A DNA stretch of 63,675 bases, the filler included, from Rhabdomonas costata (taxonomy: Eukaryota): the NCBI GenBank assembly GCA_019059605.1. It is 43 parts of 43 records of this genome, joined end to end, with 100 filler letters (N's around TTAATTAATTAA, not from the genome) between each part and the next. Parts side by side here need not be neighbours in the genome. Positions count along the whole stretch, not along the records: positions 10,389 to 11,770 come from JAHMHO010017550.1; positions 11,871 to 13,254 come from JAHMHO010017551.1; positions 13,355 to 14,738 come from JAHMHO010017552.1; positions 14,839 to 16,214 come from JAHMHO010017553.1; positions 16,315 to 17,698 come from JAHMHO010017554.1; positions 17,799 to 19,182 come from JAHMHO010017555.1; positions 19,283 to 20,668 come from JAHMHO010017556.1; positions 20,769 to 22,152 come from JAHMHO010017557.1; 35 more parts are not named here. One strand, 5' to 3'. Both the position numbers and the translations under genes were made by a program. The notes under the pieces are model-generated. The model saw only the letters and a list, made by a program, of their open reading frames with translations. It did not search any database and was not told the DNA's origin. Positions 11,770-22,435 of the stretch are shown here, in pieces (the stretch's first letter is position 1; every line of letters starts with the position of its first letter).

Positions 11770-12287
11770 ANNNNNNNNNNNNNNNNNNNNNNNNNNNNNN
11801 NNNNNNNNNNNNNNTTAATTAATTAANNNNNNNNNNNNNNNNNNNNNNNNNNNNNNNNNNNNNNNNNNNNTGTTCCGTGACAGGTAAACACAACACAAAA
11901 TGTTCGAGGAATGGCACAGGACAGGGGAGCGTTATACGGAAGGCCGAAAGCAGCACAAATGGCGGAAGTTTCGAAACTGTGAATCTCAGAAAATTCCTTG
12001 TCTTTCGAAATGGATTAGAACAACGCTGATGAGGCGAATGTTCAATCAGCCGTGTTTAAGCGCCAGGGACTCTCTAGACTTAACATCACTACATTCACTT
12101 TTAAATGGACAACCAGTTAGCAAGGTGCAGCAAAAAGAAGTGTTCTCCAAACATTCAGCAAAGTGATGAACTCAAACACTCAAACACTAGTGCCTCTGGG
12201 TGGCTGTAAATACTTCGTCCCCGCAAGCCTCATGACACAGGAGAGCATTCTCGGTGCCTCCCAGGGCCCTTTCTCTGAAACCAGATG

Positions 12288-12956
12288 TCAATAAGAGCTC
12301 TGGTCCAGCTCTCTTCCAAGCTGGACCCTTTCCAGCTCCCTGTGGTGCACTCCGTAGATCCTTTGACAGGACTCCAGAACATCCACCAACTTCTCCTGGG
12401 TGGTGGTGGGCTTCTCCGTCTTCTTTTTTGCTCGGGGCCGGGGCACCGGATGGATCCTCCGCTGGCTGTGCTCGTACAAAAAGAACCCCGCGCCGTGGAC
12501 GCAATGGAAGCCAATCCAGTCCCTCCAGAGGTTTTCCCGGGACAGAGTGAAGAGGTTACCCACCACAATCATGGCCTGGCGGGCCCGCGTCAGGGCAACG
12601 TTAACCCTCCTCCAATGGCTCAGGAAGCCGACATCCCCGTTGGGATTGGCCCGGACGCAGTCCAGGATCATCACCTCCCGCTCACCTCCCTGGAAGCTGT
12701 CCACCGTACTCACCGTAACAAGGCTAGAGGCGTCCTCCAGTCTGGCAAAGACGGAGTTGGAAGAGCCAGAGCCCAGGCGAGCGCTCATCTCGGCAAGAGT
12801 GGAAGAAAGGGCGGTGCAGATGGGCTCGATCTGAGCGGAGTAGAAGCTGAGCACCCCGATGCTTGTCGGGGCAACACCGGAGCGCAGGAAGTCCGCAACG
12901 ACCGACGCGACAGCCTCAGCCTCACTGTAGTTGGCGTACGAGGAGCTGATCTTCTC
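12288..12956 (-). CDS. UPF1/DNA2/NAM7-like superfamily-1 helicase, C-terminal (AAA_12) exon
   Basis: SYANYSEAEAV..IGVLSFYSAQ..VSTVDSFQGGEREVMILDCVRAN..VGFLSHWRRVNVALTRARQAMIVVGN, following a cag acceptor at 12957. Confidence 0.95.
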   Translation of the reverse strand, partial: EKISSSYANYSEAEAVASVVADFLRSGVAPTSIGVLSFYSAQIEPICTALSSTLAEMSARLGSGSSNSVFARLEDASSLVTVSTVDSFQGGEREVMILDCVRANPNGDVGFLSHWRRVNVALTRARQAMIVVGNLFTLSRENLWRDWIGFHCVHGAGFFLYEHSQRRIHPVPRPRAKKKTEKPTTTQEKLVDVLESCQRIYGVHHRELERVQLGRELDQSSY

Positions 12957-13480
12957 CTGCGCAGTGATTGGCGGGGGGCAGGAGAATATGATCACCAATA
13001 AATGATCAATATTATTTATAAATACGAAAAAATACTATTTATAAATAAGAAAGATTAAATTAAAGTATCCATTCTTATGATTTGACAAAACGGATACAGT
13101 TGTGTGCGACAAGGCCTGGGGGCTGCTTGATTGACGGGTGTGGTGGGCGGGCTGATCTGCCCTGGTCCATTGAAAATCTCCAGTGACTACTGCGGACACG
13201 CAACGACCTCACATGAAATCCCGTAGTACTCACAAAGCTGTAGTTGTTTAAACANNNNNNNNNNNNNNNNNNNNNNNNNNNNNNNNNNNNNNNNNNNNTT
13301 AATTAATTAANNNNNNNNNNNNNNNNNNNNNNNNNNNNNNNNNNNNNNNNNNNNGGGGTTTTTTTTCCGGAATGTTTTGAGGCCATGTGCATTGTGGGCT
13401 GCAGTTTTTCATCACCTTTCTGGGAAACTATACTTGTTGAGCTGTTTCATTGAAGATCTGGTCTTTTGCATCTGTCGCAG

Positions 13481-14432
13481 GGTCTGGACTGGGTGCTTGT
13501 AGTGGGCACGAAGAGGTCGGTGTGGATGGAGTACATCAACTCCGGGGTGCCGCTGACGGTGGGCCTGGTGGCGGCCTGTATCATTGGGTGTGTGTGTGCC
13601 ACATCCCTCGCTGTGTGACCATGCTCTGTTTTGGGAGAGCTTTGCCGTTTGCTACGTTCCTTGGCTCGATTGGATGGGTCAATTCTTCCCGTTTTCGTTG
13701 CGAAGGAGGTTTCTTTTGAATTTCTCCATTTCAGGCTGAGTGTTGTTGTGCTGCTAATGGTGCGGCTGGCGACCAACCCGCTGCTTCGGATCATTGGGCA
13801 GCTTTCTCTCCTGCAGGAGATGGACCTGGCCCAGGTGCGTCCGTTTGGGCGTCTGTCGGCGCTGAGCGAGGTGGCGACTCTTATGCTGGCGTTCAATGGG
13901 CTGGCGGCCGCGCTTTTGGAGTACCGGAAGTATGGCGCTGGGAGACGGGGGCGCGCGCGCGGGGGTTCTCGGATCTGTGCCGTATTCTTGCTGTTGACAG
14001 ATGTACTCAGCTGGATAGAAGATTAGAAAATCGTGATGGTACAGGGCTCTCCCCGTCACCCATTTTGTTTGTTCATTCTTGATGGTGTTTGAGTTGAAAT
14101 ACCAAACAATGGCCGTAGCGCTGGTGCTTTTACTGCTGCATGTCTCCAGTCGGGATCATAATCACCTTGGAAGCGATGCCCCACCTTGTCAATTTTATCG
14201 ATTTTCGATGGGGTGGTTTGTGTTCACTTGCGGGCTGGCGGATACTCTAAGGTACATGCCGGAATCCCTGTTCACGAAGGAGGACGAGGATGAGGACGCC
14301 CCGGTGACACGGAAGGTCGCCCGTCTTCGCAGCCACCAAGGAAAGGGCTTGTACCGCGCCGCCTCGCTGTCTTCTGCGGAGGACGTCAGCCTCCCCGGGA
14401 ACAACCACTCCGACGACGAAACCACCAGCAGG
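13481..14432 (+). CDS. Receptor-type (Cache-TM-HAMP) signalling protein, probably an adenylate cyclase, partial
   Basis: Exons 13481-13587 (GLDWVLVVG..TM), 13735-13929 (TM end and HAMP: TNPLLRI..LSEVATL..FN..LLEYRK) and 14252-14432 (YMPESL). All phases fit. The cyclase domain itself is not in the contig. Confidence 0.75.
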
Positions 14433-15389
14433 GTGTTTTGATTTGGCTACTGCGATGCAAAGGGTTCATAATGACGGTTGGGTTCTGAGCTGGGAAACTT
14501 TTTCACAATAGTTTTCTTTGTGATTGGTTGTGAACAGTTGGACGTTGGCTTTTTGTTGTTGTCACAGCATGTCTGCGTGTCTCCCTTATCGCTGCGTGTG
14601 TATGCTGGCATCGAATGATTCTTCTCTCTGGCTCCAGTGCTGCACTTTTGCTTTGCACTGCACCAGAGAGAAGAATCATTCGATGCCAGCATACACACGC
14701 AGCGATAAGGGAGACACGCAGACATGCTGTGACACCAANNNNNNNNNNNNNNNNNNNNNNNNNNNNNNNNNNNNNNNNNNNNTTAATTAATTAANNNNNN
14801 NNNNNNNNNNNNNNNNNNNNNNNNNNNNNNNNNNNNNNTGTTTTTGGGACCTTCGTAGTACAGCTTGCACTTGCGCTCGTTGATCGTGTTCGTAGGTCGT
14901 GTTTTTCCTGAACTTGGAGTATTTGGATGGAGGGTGCATCTTGGGTCGTTTGAGGCTTAGCTGGATTCTTGGCTACGGGGTTCAGAATTCTGTTGGTTAT
15001 TTGATGATTTTTCGCTTTGAATCTTGGCTGGTGATTGTGTTTGGTATTTATGTGGGGTGAGCTATGTCGTTTATTTCTAACAGCTTTTGTAGCTATTGGT
15101 GATCCGGGACTGATTTCAGGGCTGGGTTTGTAGCGGGTTCATGTTGCCGATCGTTTTCTCCTGTGTTTGGTGGCTTGACGTTGGTAGGAATTTTTGCTAC
15201 GGATTGTGTTTGAATGGTGTGTCTGAGCTGGATGTTGTGAGATTTTGCTACGGGATAAGTATTTTGTGATATGTTGTTGCAGTTGCTTTGTTGTTGGTCG
15301 TGTTATGTATAAAGTGGCTTGGTATGGTGATGTGATTCTTCGAAGTGTAATCGCGTTTTGTAGCTGGAGTTTGTTTTTTAAAATTAAGT

Positions 15390-15581
15390 CATGTATCCTG
15401 GTGCCAGTGTGCTTGAGTGGTGATGATTGGTCTTGGAGTTTTAGCTAGTATTGACCGTGTGGTAGTTCTGGGGTTGATTCTGTTGTTGCAGTGCCGTGGT
15501 GTCATTGTGGTAGGTTGAGATGGGATTTTTGCATGACTTCAGTGTTGTTTTTGTGTATGGTTTCAGAGAGTGTATCAACGG
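15390..15581 (+). CDS. Mitochondrial nad5-like fragment (TGA=Trp)
   Basis: VIVVG-W(TGA 15516)-DGIFAWLQCCFCVWFQR is in exact register with Nad5 LFxGWEGVG.....xWYxR. Alignment by eye only. Confidence 0.35.
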
Positions 15582-17861
15582 TAGTTGCATGTATATTATT
15601 ATTATTATTATTATTATTGCATGTAAGTTGTTTACGTTGGTTTGGGTGTTCGTGTGGAGGCGCAGTGGTGTATGATGGGTGCTGATGCTTTGCGTTATTT
15701 GGGTGGTGATATTGGTGGTTGGTTTTGTGTTAGAGTCAGTAGAATTCAAGCCTAGATGTGCAAAAGTGGACGCTACAGTATACACATCTGCATTTCACCA
15801 CGTCATTGGAATTATAGAGTGTCATGGCCAACCGGTAGGAAATCACCAACTACGGTAATCTAGGTAATACAGGTACAAAAGCATGGCCCCATACAAAGCC
15901 TTCTTGAACGCCACGCTGTCTCCACCAACATAAAAAAATCTTCCAAGCCTCCCGTGATTCCAAGGGGTACTGTTGCCATTTGGTTTTGGAGTTAGACTAT
16001 GCAAGTGAGCTCGTAACAAAACAATAAATGCCACTTTAAATGATCCTCATTTTTCTTTCTAAAATGAAAAATAAAACCTTTTCCTCATTCACTAAAACAC
16101 TGCGCTCCATAGGAAGTTCTCCACTGCACAGTTTTTAAGATCTAAAAATGGTAAATATAGGCAAGACCACGAAAAATTGTACATGATTTGCGCTTAATCT
16201 ACATCAATATTTGTNNNNNNNNNNNNNNNNNNNNNNNNNNNNNNNNNNNNNNNNNNNNTTAATTAATTAANNNNNNNNNNNNNNNNNNNNNNNNNNNNNN
16301 NNNNNNNNNNNNNNTTGGTGTAGATTATAGCAAGTTGGTTATACACATAGAAGGTTAGAGTTAGTTGTCCTCAGGTGAATTGAGTGTGCTGCCTGTGCTT
16401 TATTCTGTGCTTTTCTAGTTTTTCCGTTTCATGAGCAATGAACTTGTCTATTAAATAATAAAGTGTGAGGATTTTTTACACACATATAGCCAGTGGTTTG
16501 ATACGTCCACATCTCATATAAATATCACACTCCAGATGATCTGTGAGAGAGTGAGTGTCTTCAAATGTTGAGCGTTTTGGCGTTAGATGTGATAATATAG
16601 AGTGTTCTTTGGTTGTGAAAAAGCTCTGATAAACGAGCTTTATTTTTCATATTTGAGAGGCTTGATTGTGATGAATTACTTCCACGTGTTTCTCAGTCCA
16701 GAGTTTATAATGTTGCAAACACGTCCTGATGTTGTTTCTAAATCACAATTAGAACCTTTTTGAATACGAAATATCAGAAAAATAATTTGCAAAGAAGTTC
16801 TGCAAATTCTCAATGTTGATATTTCAAATGTTGTTGATATATACAAGCTGTATGGTGTAGCCATTATTTCAGATATATAGAATAATGATATCAATAATTT
16901 GGTGTTCATTCTAGAGGATTGGATGACAGAGATGTTTGAAGCTCTACAGGAGTTAAATTAATGGAGATATTTTGCCCTCGTAAATCAAGAGCTAAATTTT
17001 CAGAGTGCAGTTAAGCAAATCCTGGAGTACCATGTCTTGTTGGAGTATGTTTTGAAAGTTGTAGAATAGCTAGATGTGTAGGTTTACCACTGTGACACGA
17101 TATAAACAAATAGAGTCATTTGATGATTATGATTAAGGCCAGAGAGTTTCTTTTAAATCTTCCAGACATAAGACTATACAAATCACCTCTTTATACACAA
17201 GTAGCTAATGCCATGGAATATATTTAAAGGTAGACATAGTAATGCAATCAGCGACAAAGTCAACAGAAATGTACGGGCACTGCACTGAAATGAGTGGCAA
17301 TTGCCACACCATCCACATCCACAGCAAGTTTCCTCAAAGCAGAACCCACCACTGAACCCAATTGAAGAAGCTATCAGTGCTGAGTACACGGTGTGAGCAA
17401 TAAAAAGCACCAGCCAAAGCCAACCAAGCGATCAGAGCATGGCCAGGTGAAAGATGGAATGTCACCGCTGTATAGACAGATAGCCATACAAATAGATAGA
17501 GCAGCCAGAAAACTACTCGACCGCATTGCACATCCACAGTGTATGTTACATTGTTCAGGAGGATAAGGTTTTATTCTAAATTTCCACCACGTTTTCACAG
17601 TTCATGAAGATTTCACGTTTTCATCATATTACCGTGGTATACATGAAAACGTGAAATCTTCATGAACTGTGAAAACGTGGTGGAAATTTAGAACAAAANN
17701 NNNNNNNNNNNNNNNNNNNNNNNNNNNNNNNNNNNNNNNNNNTTAATTAATTAANNNNNNNNNNNNNNNNNNNNNNNNNNNNNNNNNNNNNNNNNNNNGG
17801 TGTTTTGTCACTTTTCTTCGAACAGCTTGCTGCTTTTCTTCGTCCGGCTTATTTGCGATAA

Positions 17862-18184
17862 ATGACTACTTTTCCAATCTTGCGGCATCGCCGCGCCTTG
17901 TTCGCGGTGACTGCAGTTTACGCCTTGTGTCTCTGCGGGATGTTTTGGTCTTCTCGCTGTTGCTGTGACTGCGAACTGCCAAGCCCCCAGCGGTCCCTTT
18001 ACACTCACTTGAACGCAACTCGTGCGGCCCGGCAGTGCTCGTGGGCGAATCAGCCTCATCTTCAAAATCTTCAAAGCCATTCAAAGCCGAGAGACGTTTT
18101 ACCGGGTTGTCGGGCTGTTGCTGGAGAAGTGGCATCTTTTTTTGAGCACCTGTTCGACAATTTGGGGATCATTGTCGTGGCCAG
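17862..18184 (+). CDS. Signal-anchored hypothetical protein, first exon
   Basis: ATG downstream of a pyrimidine-rich stretch and a cag. Hydrophobic N-terminus (RRALFAVTAVYALCLCGMFW). Donor AG|gtgttt. Confidence 0.45.
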
Positions 18185-18318
18185 GTGTTTTTCTAGAGTG
18201 CTGTGAGTTTAGTTTCCTTGCGGAAACCTCCGTTTTTCTAGCAACCCGGAAGGCAAGGCAGAGCACAACAGCACAGCACCACGGGATGCAATGGGCGGGA
18301 AGGCGAAAACCGAAGGAG

Positions 18319-19182
18319 TTACAGGAGGCTGCGCCACCAAAAACGCGTGAGAGCGGAGGTAGGGTGCTTCAGGACGGGATTGAGAGAATGGGGTAGCGCC
18401 AGTACAGGTGGGGAGGAGGGTGGGAGAGAAGGGAAACGAGAGAAAGCATCTGCGGGATTACATGCGGAGGGAGTGAGGGCGAGCTGCATTTGTAGGCCGT
18501 GAGCAAGACACAGGCGAGAGATCCGCCGAAGGAGACGCACGCGCGCCCAGACACGACCGGAAACTCTCCCTGTGAGAACACTGTGGTAAGCTGCCTCGTT
18601 GTCCACGACAACACAAACGTGAGACAGGCCAGAGAGTGCAGCTTGGCGGAGACAACAGAAGACGCTGTAGAGCTCTGCGCTTTGTTGGGATTCCACCCAA
18701 GGGGGTGCCTGCACAGCCACAGCGTAGGAGAGGGGCCGCACACAGGCAGCGATGAAGCCTGATTGGCAGGGGGCAGCATCACAGAACATCACGGGCATGC
18801 ACACGGGAGGGGGGAGCACGCGACAGATTAGAGGTCCCACAGAGGAGAGGCATGCGATGAGAAGAGAGTGCCAAATACGGCGAGGAAGGAGAGCGGGAAA
18901 GCGTGGCTGGAGAAGGAGCTGATAACTGGAGGCGAGAAATGGCGCAGAAAGAGAACACGGGGCAAGGAGCCATTGCAGGAACCCGAGGAGGCGTTGCAAA
19001 CATCGGGCGGAGAGGCGATGACAACGAAGAAACCAGAGATGTTGAAGAGCCATAGCAATGCGAGAGGGAGTGTTGGAGAGAGTGCCATGGTGGATGCGCT
19101 TGCCAAGCCAAGTGATGGACTGCGTTGGAACAAACTCGGATTTATGGTTCAACTGAAGACCTGCAGATGTAATGAGATGCGC
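18319..19182 (-). mobile_element. Tyrosine-recombinase retrotransposon (DIRS/TATE/VIPER-like): RT C-terminus plus RNase H
   Basis: Intronless open frame: GLQLNHKSEFVPTQSITWLG..LQRLLGFLQW (RT thumb), then MFCDAA..QQSAELYS..VVVDNEAA..PSACNPADAFSR, i.e. RNase H with the DIRS-type NPADxxSR ending. Confidence 0.88.
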
Positions 19183-21749
19183 NNNNNNNNNNNNNNNNNN
19201 NNNNNNNNNNNNNNNNNNNNNNNNNNTTAATTAATTAANNNNNNNNNNNNNNNNNNNNNNNNNNNNNNNNNNNNNNNNNNNNGGGTGTTGGGGAATTAGC
19301 CCGTAGAGCTCGAGCCTCCAACCCGTCGAAGACGGTCTCTATCCGCTCCGCTGAAACTTAGTGCACTTTCATCAGACTATTGCTTCTTTCATGTGTGTGT
19401 GTTGGGCGCATTGCGCGCTGACTGTTGCTGGTTGACTGGTTGACTGGTTGGTGGTGACCACTGTGGACTGACTGGCACACGCGCTGTTGGCCACGGGTGC
19501 TCGCGAGAGGTGCCGTTGAAGCGAACGGTGCCGTGGGGAACCGAAAACGGCTCACCACCGAACGTTCCACATCTGGTAACCTCCCTTCTGCCCCATCCGT
19601 CCCGGGCCTTTGTTGCGCAGCTCCTCTTTCCAGCGGCTACCTGCATTGCTCCATGGCGGCTCAGATCTCTGCGACTCCAAACTCCTTCCTTGGGGGGGCT
19701 GGGACCTTTCGGATGGGTGAACGGGCAGCACCGGTTTGTGTGTGTGGGGGTGACGTTATAATGTGAGGCCCATGGTGCAAGCACGGTAGACCTGAAATAG
19801 AGCATTTGGGGGTCGCTGGCACAGTTCAGAAATCCCCGTGCCCCAAACATCACCGAAAAAAAGGAAGAAAACGGTTGGGTTGTTCAACACTGCACAGCCC
19901 ACTCCATGAAACGTTCACATTCATCCGCCCACTCAGCCGCGCCCAGACTCCACTGCCCCTAAATAAACCTGTTCCTACTCATACCCTCCCAATGCACTTG
20001 TCACCAAACATCGAGATAGTCGGGACAGACCAAAGATCGATAACCACAGACCATTTTGGTGCATAATTCTTTGCAGGGATTCTTGGAAATCAAAACAGTT
20101 TTCCGGTGTCTTTCTGCTCTCACCGAGCATTTCCGCCCCTGCAGAACAACGTTATACCGTTGGACAGGGGGTATATACCGACATGTTCTTGGACTCCTAT
20201 CCTGGGCAAAATCAGCGGCAGCAAGTGGAAAGAGAACACGAACCAGCGATAGGCTTCCCGGAAGTCATCGATGATGTACCGCTGCGCACCGCTTCCCGAA
20301 GAAAGCACAATTGAAGGAGAGGAGTACGCCTGCGGAAGGGACACCACAATCCAGAATCGAAAGCGTGCGGCCACGTAAATAGTGAGAAGCTTGCGGTCGA
20401 AGCAAAAGATTGGTCCCAGGAAAAAGAAAACCGCAACAGCCAATGGCCCGTTCTAGCGAATGCCTGTCTACTTCGCTACTCCACCGATTCGAGAGGAAGG
20501 AATCGGGGTTGCCGCACTTGCGCTTTCAAGTGTCTTGCAGGGAGTAAGACCAGGACCAAACTCAAAACCACCAGCATATGTTCTATCGTAACTTTAAGGT
20601 GCACGTCAATGCTCGAAACGCGAGACCAAATCGAGATGCATGCATCGCCCCTATAATTCAGAGCAACANNNNNNNNNNNNNNNNNNNNNNNNNNNNNNNN
20701 NNNNNNNNNNNNTTAATTAATTAANNNNNNNNNNNNNNNNNNNNNNNNNNNNNNNNNNNNNNNNNNNNTTGGGGTTGATGCCGTCTTCCAGGGGAGGCCT
20801 GGGGAACAAGGGGCAGCGCGTTCCCCGTTGCTGGGCGTGGTCTTTGTCTCGCAGGGGGCAGGGGGAGGTGCTGGGACAAAGATGACGAACTTTTCGGGCT
20901 GAGTTGTATTAAACCCTCCAATCATCCGGAAGATGCAAGGGAACACGCCCTCCCCAGTGATCGCCAGGAGTAATCATTATGATTGGCATGATGCCACCAC
21001 GCTTCCTTCCGCACTCTTTTCGGGGGGGGGGTACGCGCCGGGTGCATGTGAAATGCGTGCATGTTTGCTGCTGTTTGAGGTGCTGTGCGTAAATTGACAT
21101 CTGGACCACCCACCTCTTTGATGGCGGGAGGTTGTCTTGCCTTCCTTCGCAACAGTTTAGCGCTTTCCGCTTTCGTGTGAACCGTCTGTATTTTTCAGTG
21201 TGGGCACTTTAGATCGCCGAGTGGGGTTTTGTGGGGTTTGCTCAAACCTTCCTTGCCGTTACGGGTACAGGCCGGACAATGTGGCAGGACTTCGCAATGT
21301 TGTGGTCCTTCAAGTCCTCTCGCGTCTTATTCCAGCAACGCATCTTTGCAATCGAAACACAAAAACACACACCTTTATCGACTGCAGGCAGTGGGTGGCG
21401 AATGAATTGATACATCTCCCACCATTTTTCTCATCTCTCTCTTTGTTTCTCTCATCACCTTTTGCGCCACATTGAACACCAGACTCTGTACTATGTGTTC
21501 TGAACATTTTTCTTTGGCATCATTCAAAAAGTTAGTGTCCATAATCCTGCAAATCGGCGTTTCCAGTGCCCACTTCTTTGATTAGTGAGTAACTGTCGCC
21601 CAGTCAGATGTATGTATATGTGTGAGAGATATCTTACACCCCGCTCGCGCACACCGTTGCCCGACTATTTTTCTTTCTTCAGCATTATTTGTAACTCGAA
21701 GGTGAAGGAGGCATCTCGCCTCCTTCCCTTCCTCACTTCCTCCATCCCT

Positions 21750-22037
21750 ATGTTTCGGTTGAAACACTCGGTGACGGTCAGCCCTTCTCCTGACGTATAC
21801 GTTACCGGGCTCTTTGACAGCCCCTCCAAGGCGCTCGCTGGGGTGCTGTGCTCCGATGGGTGCTTGAAGGTATACCAGGCCGGAGGTCTGTCCTCCAGCG
21901 GGAGCTTTCCCGTGCTTGCCACCCCCGGCGTGGTAGCCGGGGGATGCTTCTGGGGCCCGTCGGAAACCTCTGTGGTGGCCTGCGGGGAGTCCTGCGTGCG
22001 GCACTATGACCTGCGCAGCCCGAGCCCCGAGGCGCAG
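21750..22037 (+). CDS. WD40-repeat protein, first exon
   Basis: MFRLKHSV..CSDGCLKVY..ACGESCVRHYDLRS has WD-like repeat ends. Pyrimidine-rich upstream region and a cag|gtgaca donor. Confidence 0.65.
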
Positions 22038-22285
22038 GTGACAGTGCAGTGTGGGGTGAGGGAGCCGTGTGGCACGATAAGGGGAAATGCTTATCTGCGG
22101 AAGGTATTTAGTTGGTCGAGATTAGAAGGGGAATCCGGTGCACCACACAACANNNNNNNNNNNNNNNNNNNNNNNNNNNNNNNNNNNNNNNNNNNNTTAA
22201 TTAATTAANNNNNNNNNNNNNNNNNNNNNNNNNNNNNNNNNNNNNNNNNNNNGGTGGGGTGGGGGCACGTTAAACACTGTTTCAG

Positions 22286-22435
22286 GTTCCGCCCACCCCG
22301 GTCAGCCCGCTCCAGCCGGCGACGGGAGCGACGATGTCCGCCAGAGTGGTACAACACCGCTCCGCGGCAATCCCATCGTGGTTCCGGCAGAAGCTGCGGC
22401 TTCCTGCTGAGGCTCCCCCACAGGATCGCCGCAAG
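22286..22435 (+). CDS. Probable exon, unknown protein
   Basis: 150-nt GC-rich segment between ag and gt, open in phase 0. Confidence 0.35.

Noticed and set aside
14560-14734. Long perfect inverted repeats near contig ends (also ~5945-6105, ~17574-17693, ~37086-37270)
   Set aside because: Perfect arms adjacent to contig ends are typical amplification fold-back chimeras. Not accepted as transposon TIRs without independent copies.
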